This document shows, one piece after another, positions 1 through 11,208 of a stretch of 64,000 bases of DNA. The stretch covers positions 75,394,001-75,458,000 of the forward strand of contig NC_086108.1 in assembly GCF_963921235.1 (NCBI RefSeq). Direction: 5' to 3'. This stretch comes from Mobula hypostoma (lineage: Eukaryota). The notes beneath the pieces are model-generated. The model had not been told where the DNA came from, did no database searches, and saw only the letters and a program-made list of their open reading frames with translations. Every line of letters starts with the position of its first letter. Positions within the stretch are counted from its first letter, which is position 1. A program made the position numbers and the translations under genes.

Positions 1-3000
1 AGTACAAGCAGCTGACAGCTGAAACCCAATGCAGTACAGAGACGCCACAAGGTTTCTTAATACGTGTTTCTGATCTGAAGCAGAAAGTACCGCTTGCCTC
101 ACAGGAAGGGGAGTCTGGTCTGAAATATGATCCAGCCTTAGTGCGGAGTATGTTTTTACATACTGTACTCACCAGCTTACAAAGTGATTGCATTCAAAAT
201 TACCTCCAGCCATACCTTTTAGATCCCAAAACCTCAGATGAAGTACTATTAGAGAAGCTAAACACTGCATGTGCAAATAAACAGAAAAAGAATAAACGGA
301 AGCCAGCTGGGTCAGCCTGCACTGCCACTGTTAACTCTACACAGGCAGAGGAGCATCCTGTTGAGTGTAAATGTCAGATGGAAAGGACTCATATAGACCT
401 AGTCTCACCATTGAAAACATTCAGTGAAGACATTGCACAGGTCAAGGAGCAACTTCAGCAGCCCATACCTGTGTGTCAACAATGTTCTCAGTTTCAAATT
501 AAAAGCAGGAGGTAAGAGCAACTCCTTCTCAGCCGCAGGACCTAGCACAGAGTGACCAGCAGCCACCGGAGTGGGGTACAAAGACCAGTCTGTAGGGAAA
601 AACATAGTCAGATCTGAACTCCAGAGATGGCCAAGCAGCAAACAGAAACAGTGGTGGAGAGAGCAAAACCACTCAATCGAACCAGCTCTGCTTCAATCAT
701 ACCCAGCCCCACAACAACAAAATGTTCCCCCATCTCAGCAGTATGTAACAGTATCATATGCATTGCCATCTGAAGCTCAGCAGCCATGTCAAGTAGCTCC
801 ACAGAATGATTCATTTTTACCATGGCAGCATGGAGTTGTAGAAGAGTATCCAGTCCCAGTATGTCCTTATCCTGGCCTGCCTCAGCGACCTCATTCACTA
901 TGAACTAGAAGGTGTTTCCACTGTCAGCAGAGAGGGTGTGTGGAAAGCACGAGGAGTAAGACAGCCATTCACCAGTGTTTTAGCTGCACAGTGCCAAGTC
1001 AATCAACATTTGTCTGTAACTTCACTGGTGGGCATTCAGTGCCTCATAGAATGCTACTTACATGGACGTTGAAGTGAAGTGATATGGAACCCAGGTTTAC
1101 AGGTGTGCATTGTAAATGAGCAGTGGAAAACTAAGCACTTACCTGCAATCAAACTGAAGGATGTTTCAGAGACAGTAGGGGCACCTGAGGCATTACAGCT
1201 GGTGGCAGCCAATGGCGCAAGCATGCCACGGGTAGGATGGGTTGAAATCACTTTCAAATTAGCTTCGCCTGGTGCAAAAGAATTAATCATACCAGTTCAG
1301 GTTCTGAAAGGCAGACCTCTACAGCATCCCTTCATTGCAGTCAACGTGATTGAACTGATTATAAAGGAGAGTGAGAAAGAAAATTTAACGACAGGGAGGG
1401 CGAGCCTTTGTATGAAACAATAAGAGCTGCGTTCCCAAGCCTGAAGAGAAGCAAAATTAAAGCATTCATCAGTCTGATTAGCATTGAGAATCCTTGTGAG
1501 TATCGTGTAAAGACAATAAAGGAGAGAATTAACATACCAGAACGTACAACAATGCAAGTTCAAAGCCATGTAGAGGTTCCATTTGTGAGGGAAGACAGAA
1601 CAATGCTCTTTGAACCACAAGTGAACCCACAGCAGGCAGAAGGCCTTGAACTGTGTGAAGCACTTGTAACACTCCAGAGGAGTGCATGTCATACATTGTA
1701 TTGATGTGCACAACAGAATAGACCATGACATCGTGCCTGCTGAGGAGACAGTGCTCTGGACATTGCAACCAGTTAAGTCCGTGTTCCCTGTCAATGCACA
1801 AGAACGAACCATAATCGACCCAGCCACTCGACACCAAATAGAGGATGATATGGGTGAACTTGACTCTGATTTATGGGATCCCCCAGTCGATGTGAGCCAC
1901 CTAAGTATACAACAGCAGCAGATTGTGAGGCAGATCCTGCAAGAAGAATGCCAATCTTTTTCAAAATCAGACAATGACATTGGATGCATCCAAGCTTTGC
2001 AGCTGAGCATCTCTCTCAAAGTTGATGAATGGATTGCCCACTCTGATATTTCAGGTCCAAAACCCCACTACAACTGAATGAAGGATTACTTACATGACCT
2101 AATTGTCCACAGGTGGATCGAGAAATCTAACTCTCCTTACACCTCATCAATTGTATGTGTCAGAAAGAAAGATGGAAGCTTTTGTCTCTGCATTGATTAT
2201 AGGGACCTGAATAGGAAAACTTTTCCTGACTGCCAGCCCATTCCAAGAGTGCAAGACATCACGGACAGCTTACGGGTGAATGCTTGGTTCTCGTAAATTG
2301 ACCAAGGGAAAGCATACCATGAAGGATTCATGATGAAGGAAAGCAGGCCACTAACAGCCTTCATAACCTGTGGGGCTTGTATGAGTTTGAATCCCCTTTG
2401 GACTCATGAATGTGCCAACAGCCTACCAATACTTCATGGAGGGGCGCCTTGAAGGATTAAGAGATGGAGTCTGTGCACCATACCTGGATGACAGGCTGGT
2501 GTTCACTAAGATCTTCAATGAGCATGTTGATGTGCTGAGAAGAGTGCTACAGTGAATACAGGCACATGGAGTGAAACCTAAACCCGGCAGGTGGGAGTTC
2601 TTTAAGCAGAGGTTCACTACCTGGGGAGAATTGTGCTGGCAGGGGGATATCGGATGAATCCTGCAGACACAGTGGCAGTAACAGCACTGAAAGAGAAGAG
2701 GCCAGACACAGTGGAAGAACTGAGAAAGGTTCTGGGCCTACTAAGCTAATATCAGCAGTACACGAAAGGTTTCTCACAAATCACAACACCCCCGCCATGA
2801 CCTGTTAAAAAGCAGAGACAACAGTGTCCAAAGTCAGCTTAGTAGGGGTAGCATTAGAAAGAAAATAAGAGGAGGAACTGTGTGCCCTCTTGCAAACCGA
2901 TCATTTGGACAGAAAGGCATCAAGAAACTTTGGAGAAGCTGATTGACTGCCTAGTAGAGCCACCTGTGCTGGGGTTCCCAGACGTCGCACAGCCATTCAT

Positions 3001-4351
3001 TCTCCAGATTAATGTCTCCGGTCAGGGGTTGGGAGCAGTCCTCTATCAAAAGCAAGATGACAAATTGCGAGTAATAGCCTATGGTTCATGAACATTGACA
3101 AATGCAAAAAAAAACACCACCTACGCAGCAGGAAGTTGGAATTCCTTGCCCTGAAGTGGGCAATTACTAAAATATTTAGAGATTACCTGTACTATGCCCC
3201 AACATCCACAGTTCACAGTGACAACAACCCCCTCATGTATGTTCTGTCTTCAGCAAAGTGGAATGCAACCACATCTAGATGGGTTGATGAACTGGCCGAT
3301 TTCTACTTCACTATCTATTATCGACCTGGAAAAGAAAATGTTGATGCTGGTTCTTTGCCCCAAATGTTAGTAGCCATGGAAATGACTAGAAATGTGTACA
3401 CAGAAGAAATCCCATCCGTTTCAGTGGGAGCCACAGCTCAGGTTATTGAAGTGCAGCAAAGTACAGACATACCCTGGTCCGTGGCAGTATCTATACAGTT
3501 GGACACAATAAACGTCAACTTGGTGAACATGCCAATTCCACCAGTGTCCAGGAGAGAGATTTGTCAAGCACAGAAGAGGATGGCAACATCACAACAGCAA
3601 TCGACTTTGTATGCTCAGGTTCGAAGCATACTTTTCAACAAATATAGACATTGAGCAAGTGAGCCAGGTGCTCTCTGTGAAAGCGGGATAAATTAGTATT
3701 GGATGAGGATGGTATCCTTCATCAGAAAACTACCCAACGAACATAATTGGCGCTACCTGAGAAGTTCAAGTGTACAGTTCTGAAAGAGCTACATGATAAA
3801 ATGGGGCACCAAGGCATTGATTGCACAACAGGTCTGGTAAGAGAGAGATCTTTCTGGCCTCAATGCATAAGGACATTGAGCACCATGTGCGAAGAGTCTG
3901 TACCTGTCTCAACCAAAAGAAGCCATTTTGGGAAACAAGGGCATCACTCAAGAGCATCATGGCAACGCAGCCATTTGAACTTGTCTCAGATGACTTTCTT
4001 CACCTAGACAAGTGCAAGGGTGGATACAAGTACATTCTAGTGATTACTGACCATTTTACATGATTTGCACCACAACTTCAAAGTCAGGAAAAACTATTGC
4101 TGTGCATCTTTTCAATGACTTTGCCCTGAAGTTTGGGTTCCCATCACGAATACACCATGACCAAGGGGCCGAATATGAGAACCAACTCTTCACACCACTG
4201 AGAAAGCATAGCGGTGAGGCTGGATCAAGAACTACACTGTACCACCCCCAGGGAAATGGACAAGTTGAGAGCTTTCAACCAGACCCTTCTGCAAATGTTG
4301 AAAATTCCAACAGAAAGACAAAAAGAAAATTGGGAAGTGTCATTAAATAAA

Positions 4352-4579
4352 ATTGTAAACACAAAATAATCTGCAGATGCTGGGGCCAAAGCAACACTCA
4401 CAACACGCTGGAGGAACTCAGCAGGTCGGGCAGCATCCGTGGAAAAGATCGGTTGACGTTTCAGGCCAGAACCCTTCGTCAGGACAGTCCTGACGAAGGG
4501 TTCTGGCCCAAAATGTCGACCGATCTTTTCCACGGATGCTGCCCGACCTGCTGAGTTCTTCCAGCGTGTTGTGAGTGTT
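4352..4579. mobile_element. Palindromic mini Penelope-like insertion inside the Gypsy integrase
   Basis: 93-bp inverted arms 4393-4485 and 4487-4579; 12-bp TSD TCATTAAATAAA (4340-4351, 4580-4591); removing it restores integrase WEVSLNKVVYAY. Confidence 0.9.
4452..4485 (-). ncRNA. Minimal type-I hammerhead ribozyme motif (core intact, stem I weakened)
   Basis: Minus strand reads GUC-CUGACGA-A-GGG-UUCUGG-CCU-GAAA-CG-UC-AAC. Confidence 0.55.
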
Positions 4580-5800
4580 TCATTAAATAAAGTAGTCTAT
4601 GCTTATAAATCTACAAGATCGGTTAAGTAGCAGGATTCTCTCCATTCTACCTTCTCTTCGGTAGATCGCCAAGTTTGCCCATAGATATATTCTTTGGCCT
4701 GAACACTGACAAAAGTCCTGCAACCCACAGTGAATATTTGGAATGATGGGAAAGAGGCATGCAAGAAGCCTATCAGATTGTCAAGGAGTATATACAAAAA
4801 GGGTTTGGGGAGAAATAAGAGAAATTATGACAGCACAGTGAGATTTACAGGGTTACAACCTGGGAATCATGTCCCAGTAAAGAATCTGACACCCTGTGGA
4901 GGTCTGGGAAAGCTTCAGAACTATTGGGAGGACTGTATCCATATTGTTCTATGAAATGTTGGGGAGGATGTGCCAATCTATGAAATAAAAGCTGATCCAG
5001 ATCCAGAGTACTACATCACAATCCTCTCAGGCCATGTGAACACCTGCCTTTGGATGCTGAACCACAAATAGATACCGCAACAAAGCAAGGGTTTCTGCCA
5101 AAACAAACCACCAGGGCTCATTCTCCTAAAGAAAGGGAATGACAGTGAGGATGAATATTACTACCAAGTCAAATGTCCCCAACCTCACAGTAGTAAGACA
5201 GCAATAGTTTTGAAGTAGAGCCTATACAACTTGCTGAGTAGCAAACGAGGATTGAGGATTCACAATACTTCCAGCGACAAACGTCTGAGAATGAACAGTT
5301 GTTAAGTTTACCCGCATGTGAACCAGTCCCAGTCCCTGTATCTTCGTCTGTACCAAGTAACCTAGATGACTTACCCGACTGTGAATCATTACCAGTCCCT
5401 GTACCTTAATCCAAACCAAATGATTTTTCTGTATGTGAACCAATACCAGTTCCTGTATTTACTCCTGTGAATGATGAGCCCAACAACCTGATGGAGCAAA
5501 GACAAGTGAGCTCAGAGTTTCCTCAGGGAGGATGACGAGCACAAAATGCTTTACTTACGATAGAGTTGGGACCCCCATATGTCACAGCTTACAGACTGTA
5601 GACTGGAGGCCACATCAGTATCAGGCCTTGCCTTGTTATTGTGTAACGTCAATAACTTCATGGCTATCTGTACCTCAGTTCCTACATCGATTACCATGTG
5701 CCTACTACAAACCAAAGGAATGTTTCATACAAGGAAACTAGTGATTGCAAGTCTAACACTGGGAGAAGATGTCGGGACAAGATCTACTTTTGAGGGGAAG

Positions 5801-6400
5801 TGTATGGCTAGGTTGAAATCTGTTAAATAATTGTTCAAATAATTTTTAAGAGTTAAAATAATTTATTTAATGTGAATATCATTTCACATTGAGAAAAAAG
5901 GGATATTACTTCAAAAACGTTGAAAAGTGCTTAGTTGAAAATTCTGAGAATCTGTGTGCAAGGTATACTTTTAAAGTATTAAGCATTAACTTGTAAGGGC
6001 TTGCATCAATCTTCAGCAGCGATTGATTACTCATACCTACGAGAATGCCGAGGTGGTACACGTTGTGCTCCTTCACCAAAGTTACTGATGTATGAACATT
6101 ACAGAGTTCATGTTTTGTTTGCCTCCCTTTTTCAGGGGTACTAAAACTTGTATACAATTACAACCAAAAACTCTTGTTCTTTGCAGACATCCACGAAAAT
6201 AGAAGAGTGCCCCAACGAATGAATGACAGTAAAATCGTTAGAACCCTTACCACCAACCCCACGCACAAGCAACAGCAGAGCAACGACCGAAGACTAAGTG
6301 TTCCGTGCATTGAGATTGCTTAATACGTTGGTCTACTCAGCAGTATTGTTAATGGAATGTTGACTAGCTTCAATAAAGGATAAACTCAAGTGATTCCACA
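5801..6400 (+). mobile_element. Probable 3' LTR of the Gypsy element (contains a small insertion ~6160-6290)
   Basis: Polypurine tract GAGGGGAAG (5792-5800) directly before TGT; AATAAA at 6372; ends ...TCCACA; 3' boundary not confirmed by a second LTR. Confidence 0.6.
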
Positions 6401-6407
6401 GATGCTG

Positions 6408-7010
6408 TGAAATGCCCTGGTTCATATTTTTTTTACTGTTATGCTGTTCTGTATTTGATTTTGGTGCTGTTCTCTGCAAGCTGCTTGTTTGGGTTACTGT
6501 TGAGATAAGAGATAGGAGAATTGTGTGCCATCCGATTAGGGTGGCCGGATTAAGGGGAAGTTTCTCTGGTGAAGGACACTAAAGTTGGGCTTGGGGTCTT
6601 TTGTTAAGGAGATGAAGAGAGAAACGCTGGAGAGAAGAGGTTGTGGGATTCGACCTGGAGTGGGGCCATGATTCAACGAAGCCCAGGGTGGGATCAAAGG
6701 AGGATCGGCGAAGGGGAAACCATGAGCTCCAACTTGTGCACATTAGACTGTGTCATTAAAATTAGCCTTTTGTTTTTTCTTTCTTTACTAACCCTTTAGT
6801 CAAATTAAGAATTATAACGCGAGATCTTTTAATTGTAAGCAGTGTGCTGTCTGTTATTTCGTGGCACTTATTTGTAACAGGGTAACGAATCGGGCAGCAT
6901 CCACACAAACAGGGGGTTTGGGGTGGGCTCACGTCTCAATCTCACACGTTCGGTGGGGCTGGAGACTGTCTTCCCTAGACTTACATAGCCGACAGAACCA
7001 GAGTGTTTCA
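6408..7010. mobile_element. Solo LTR
   Basis: TG...CA ends, 16-bp imperfect terminal inverted repeat (TGAAATGCCCTGGTTC / GAACCAGAGTGTTTCA), 4-bp TSD GCTG (6404-6407, 7011-7014). Confidence 0.8.
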
Positions 7011-7024
7011 GCTGTAAATCTTCA

Positions 7025-7865
7025 CCAAAACACACAAAATTCTGGAGGAACTTAGCAAGACAGGCAGCATCTATGAAGGGGAATAAACAGCCAACATTTC
7101 AAGCTGAGACCCTTCATCAGGACTGGAAAGGAAGGGAGAACAATCCAGAATACGTGTGGGTCCAAGGGCAGGATCCCTAAATGTTAACTTGCAGGTTTAG
7201 CTGGTAATAAGGAAGACAAATGTAATATTAGCAGTCATTTCAAGAGGACTACAATATAAAATCAAAGGTGTAATGCTTGGATTACAAAACATTGGTCAGA
7301 AAACATTTAGAGTATTGTGAGAAATTTTAGGCCCCTTATTGGAGAGGGTCCAGAGGAGATTCACAAAAATGATCCCAGGAATAGAAGGGGTAACATATGA
7401 GAAGCACTTGATGGCTTTAGGCCTATACTCAGCGGATGTTAGAAAAATGATGTGGGGTTTCATTGAAACCGACCGAATATTGAAAGATCCAGATCAACCA
7501 GACCCAATGGGCAATGTGGCCTAATTCTGCTTCTATACCTTATAGTCTAAGAAGTACCACCTTGCAGGTGATAGGTGAGACCAGCTGAGGGGAAAGTGAT
7601 AGGTGGAAGCAGTAAAGGGTTAAAAAGAAAGAATCTAATCAGAGAAGACAGTGGACAATGGAAGAAAAGGACAGAGGAGGGGAGCCAGAGGGAGGTGATG
7701 GGAAGGTGAGGAGAAGAAAAGAGATGAATGGAAAATGGAAAATGAGGGGGAGGGGGGTAGTAATTACCAGAAGTCATGTTCATGCCATCAGACTGGAGGC
7801 TATCCTTATGGAATATGAGGTGTTGCTCTTCCAACCTGAGTTTTATCTGTTCTAGACAGGTTGGG
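7025..7865 (-). mobile_element. Penelope-like element 3' fragment, interrupted by a CR1 piece
   Basis: GIY-YIG C-terminal remnant KLRLEEQHLIF..SLQSDGMN on minus strand; decayed hammerhead/pLTR at ~7030-7125. Confidence 0.75.
7155..7547 (+). mobile_element. CR1 LINE 3' fragment
   Basis: ERVQRRFTKMIPG motif and CR1-type 3' tail. Confidence 0.8.
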
Positions 7866-7899
7866 CTATAATGGTAACAGGACTTGGATATTCCATGGG

Positions 7900-9110
7900 A
7901 CCACACGTTCCCAAAGAAAGTAATTGTGACATCAGTCAGGTTTGTCATGGCTGCAAGAGGGCAGAGGTAAGGAATAATTATTAATGGAGTGGCACACAAA
8001 AAATGAAAATGCAAATATTCATCTATTGCAGACAGAAAGATGATAAAGACAATATGTTTAAGGACTCTATATTACTTCAGAAAGCCAATCCACCTTAAAG
8101 AAGTATATTGATACTGCTGCACATTGGTCTGATGTGGACCGGGACGTGTGTTAGAACTACCTCAATCAATTTCTACTGAAGCAGAGCAAAATGATGTGGG
8201 CACATCTGGAAAAGAGATTCTTCAGATTATGTGGAGGTAGAATACCAGCCACAAACCAATCTTCCGTCCTTGGACTTACTTTACACTGCACGCTGTCGGA
8301 GCAGTGCTGCCAGGATAATCAAGGACACGACCCACCCAGCCAACACACTTTTCGTCCCTCTTCCCTCTTCCCTCCGGGAGAAGGCTCAGGAGCTTGAAGA
8401 CTCGTACGGCCAGATTTGGGAACAGCTTCTTTCCAACTGTGATAAGACTGCTGAACGGATCCTGACCCGGATCTGGGCCGTACCCTCCAAATATCTGGAC
8501 CTGCCTCTCATTATTTTTTTGCACTACCTTACTTTCCATTTTTCTATTTTCTATTCATGATTTATAATTTAAATTTTTATATTTACTAATTATTACTATT
8601 TTTTAATATTTTTAGTATTTTATATTTGTAATCCAGGGAGCGGGAAGCGCAGAATCAAATGTCGCTGTGATGATTGTATGTTCTAGTATCAATATAGTAT
8701 AACAACATAGAGATCACAAACGCTGATGGATCTGAGTTACTAGAAACCATGGTAACCAAAGATTGATAGATACCAAACCACAACTGGTATAGATCACACA
8801 AAGCTTAAAACATCTCTCATCCAGCCGGTGTCCTGCATCTCAGAACTATTTTAAAGCGCTTCACTATACCATCAATTTCAGATGAAGTGTAGGTTATTAA
8901 CTATTATTGATTAACAGTGTAGATTATGAGTGATTATATACATTTAGGAACTGACCTTACCCATGATGTAATCTACAATAACAAATGATCATAGAAGGTT
9001 TTCATAATTTGATTCTAGATGTCATATGACTTGCTCAAAGAGTAGAATGAAGGCAAGCTGCCATCCTAAAGAGGACCGATGTAAGTAGTATGATGGTATT
9101 GGGTATGCTG
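7900..9110 (+). pseudogene. Very old Gypsy (Mag-like) protease/RT-start remnant
   Basis: YIDTAAHWSDV (aspartic protease DT[G/A]-like) ...LKQSK...VEVEYQPQT, resuming after the Rex1 insertion as NADGSELL; resemblance only, heavily degenerate. Confidence 0.35.
8258..8695 (+). mobile_element. Rex1/Babar LINE 3' fragment
   Basis: AARIIKDTTHPANTLF..LPS, GRRLRSLKTRTARFGNSFFPTVIRLLN, followed by AT-rich 3' UTR. Confidence 0.85.
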
Positions 9111-9751
9111 ACCGAGATGTTCTAAAGCAGTGTTTCCCAACCTTTTTTGGCTCTAAAGCACCTTCACACTTTCCAGCACCCCCCATAGTGTAAAAACATG
9201 TCTACCATATGCTCACACGAGTAAAATGATTCTTCTTTAAATTTTTATTTATCTTTAAACCTAGCTTACACAGTACCTGTGCACTGTACAGCAGCTTCGA
9301 TATCAATGTGATCCTTGAGCTTGATGGTTTTTAGCAAGAGATCAAATATTTGGTTCAAGTTGTGACAGCAAAAGACCCATGCGTAATAATGACCAAGTGG
9401 TTTCTGTTTTGTGTGAGTATGTAGTTCACTGCACTGAAGCCTCTTTCAACAAGGTAGGAGGATGGAAATGCAATGAAGAGCAGTTTAGCTCTTCTCCAAA
9501 GACCAGGGAACTTTCTAATACAAAGTAGCCAAATACCATAAAAGCCAACATCTTTGAAAAGCATTTGATAATTTCTTCTTGCAAGGTCTCTTCCTGTTCT
9601 TCCACCTTGCAAAGAAATGGGTTAATTACCCAGTCCGAAATTTCCAGATTGTTCAAATCCTTGAATCGATTCTGAAAATCCTTCTTCAGTGACCGCAGGT
9701 GTAAGCAGTACTCTTACAAATCACCATCTGTGAAATAGATCTGTTTTTTCC

Positions 9752-11062
9752 ATGCAGGGAAACTGTGAGAACATCCTTCTCCCAATGTTTTGCCTGAGGC
9801 TCCGGAGGGTTCCTGTACTGTGGAAGAAGTCCTGCCTCGTCCCTGTGCCGAAGACCCCACACCCCAGCGGCCTCAATGACTACAGACCAGTGGCATTGAC
9901 CTCCCACATCATGAAGACCCTGGAGAGACTTGTTCTGCAGCTGCTCCGGCCTATGGTCAGGCCACACTTAGATCCCCTCCAGTTCGCTTATCAGCCCCGA
10001 CTAGGAGTTGAGGACGCCATCGTCTACCTGCTGAACCGTGTCTACGCCCACCTGGACAAGCCAGTGAGCACTGTGAGGGTCATGTTTTTTTATTTCTCCA
10101 GTGCATTCAACACCATCTGCCCTGCTCTGCTGGGGAAGAAGCTGACAGCGATGCAGGTGGATGCTTCCCTGGTGTCATGGATTCTTGATTACCTGACTGG
10201 CAGACCACGGTACGTGTGCTTGCAACACTGTGTGTCCAACAGAGTGATCAGCAGCACTAGGGCTCGACAGGGGACTGTCTTGTCTCCCTTTCTCTTCACC
10301 AGTTACACCTCGGACTTCAACTACTGCACAGAGCCTTGTCATCTTCAGAAGTTTTCTGATGACTCTGCCATTGTTAAATGCATCAGCAAGGGAGATGAGG
10401 CTGAGTACAGGGCTACGGTAGGAAACTTTGTCACGTGGTGTGAGCAGAATTATCTGCAGCTTAATGTGAAAAAGACTAAGGAGCTGGTGGTAGACCTGAG
10501 GAGAGCTAAGGTACAGGTGACCCCTGTTTCCATCCAGGGGGTCAGTGTGGACATGGTGGAAGATTACAAATACCTGGGGATACGAATTGACAATAAACTG
10601 GACTGGTCTAAGAACACTGAGGCTGTCTACAAGAAGGGTCAGAGCCGTCTCTATTTCCTGAGGAGACTGAGGTCCTCTAACATCTGCCGGACAATGCTGA
10701 GGATGTCCTATGAGTCTGTGGTGGCCAGTGCTATCATGTTTGCTGTTGTGTGCTGGGGCAGCAGGCTGAGGGTAGCAGACACCAACAGAATCAACAAACT
10801 CATTCGTAAGACCAGTGATGTTGTGGGGATGGAACTGCACTCTCTCACGGTGTCTGAAAAGAGGATGCTGTCCAAGATGCATGCCATCTTGGACAATGTC
10901 TCCCATCCACTACATAATGTACTGGCTGGGCACAGGAGTACATTCAGCCAGAGACTCATTCCACCGAGATGCAACACTGAGCGTCATAAGAAGTCATTCC
11001 TGCCTGTGGCCATCAAACTTTACAACTCCTCCCTTGGAGGGTCAGACACCCTGAGCCAATAG
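9752..11062 (+). CDS. Rex1/Babar reverse transcriptase ORF, 436 aa (no endonuclease; first ~14 codons are antisense hAT sequence)
   Basis: DYRPVALTS, LDPLQFAYQP, QGTVLSPFLF, LQKFSDD, LNVKKTKE, YKYLG motifs. Confidence 0.8.
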   Translation: MQGNCENILLPMFCLRLRRVPVLWKKSCLVPVPKTPHPSGLNDYRPVALTSHIMKTLERLVLQLLRPMVRPHLDPLQFAYQPRLGVEDAIVYLLNRVYAHLDKPVSTVRVMFFYFSSAFNTICPALLGKKLTAMQVDASLVSWILDYLTGRPRYVCLQHCVSNRVISSTRARQGTVLSPFLFTSYTSDFNYCTEPCHLQKFSDDSAIVKCISKGDEAEYRATVGNFVTWCEQNYLQLNVKKTKELVVDLRRAKVQVTPVSIQGVSVDMVEDYKYLGIRIDNKLDWSKNTEAVYKKGQSRLYFLRRLRSSNICRTMLRMSYESVVASAIMFAVVCWGSRLRVADTNRINKLIRKTSDVVGMELHSLTVSEKRMLSKMHAILDNVSHPLHNVLAGHRSTFSQRLIPPRCNTERHKKSFLPVAIKLYNSSLGGSDTLSQ

Positions 11063-11208
11063 GCTGGTCCTGGACTTATTTCATAATTTACTAGCATAAT
11101 TTGCATATTACTATTTAACTATTTATGGTTTTATTACTATTTATTATTTATGGTGCAACTGTAACGAAAACCAATTTCCCCCAGGATCAATAAAGTATGA
11201 CTATGACT
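9796..11208 (+). mobile_element. Young 5'-truncated Rex1/Babar LINE inserted in the hAT transposase
   Basis: Uninterrupted RT frame; AATAAA plus (TATGAC)n tail; removal rejoins hAT peptide KLEIY|RQNIGRRMFSQFP. Confidence 0.93.

Larger units (their letters stand above)
1..5800 (+). mobile_element. Gypsy/Ty3 LTR retrotransposon internal region (gag-pol), degenerate, 5' end outside window
   Basis: Broken ORFs in PR-RT-RH-INT order: protease-like VIWNPGLQVCIV (~1080), RT VCVRKKDGSFCLCIDYRDLN and YLDD (2481-2492), RNase H LEFLALKWAITKIFRDYLY..HSDNNPL, integrase LHDKMGHQG..CTC, HHDQGAEYEN, HPQGNGQVE, GFSPFYLLFGR; many stops and frameshifts. Confidence 0.93.

Noticed and set aside
1297..2019. 240-aa minus-strand ORF
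   Set aside because: Antisense shadow of Gypsy pol
10175..10906. 243-aa minus-strand ORF
   Set aside because: Antisense shadow of the Rex1 RT frame
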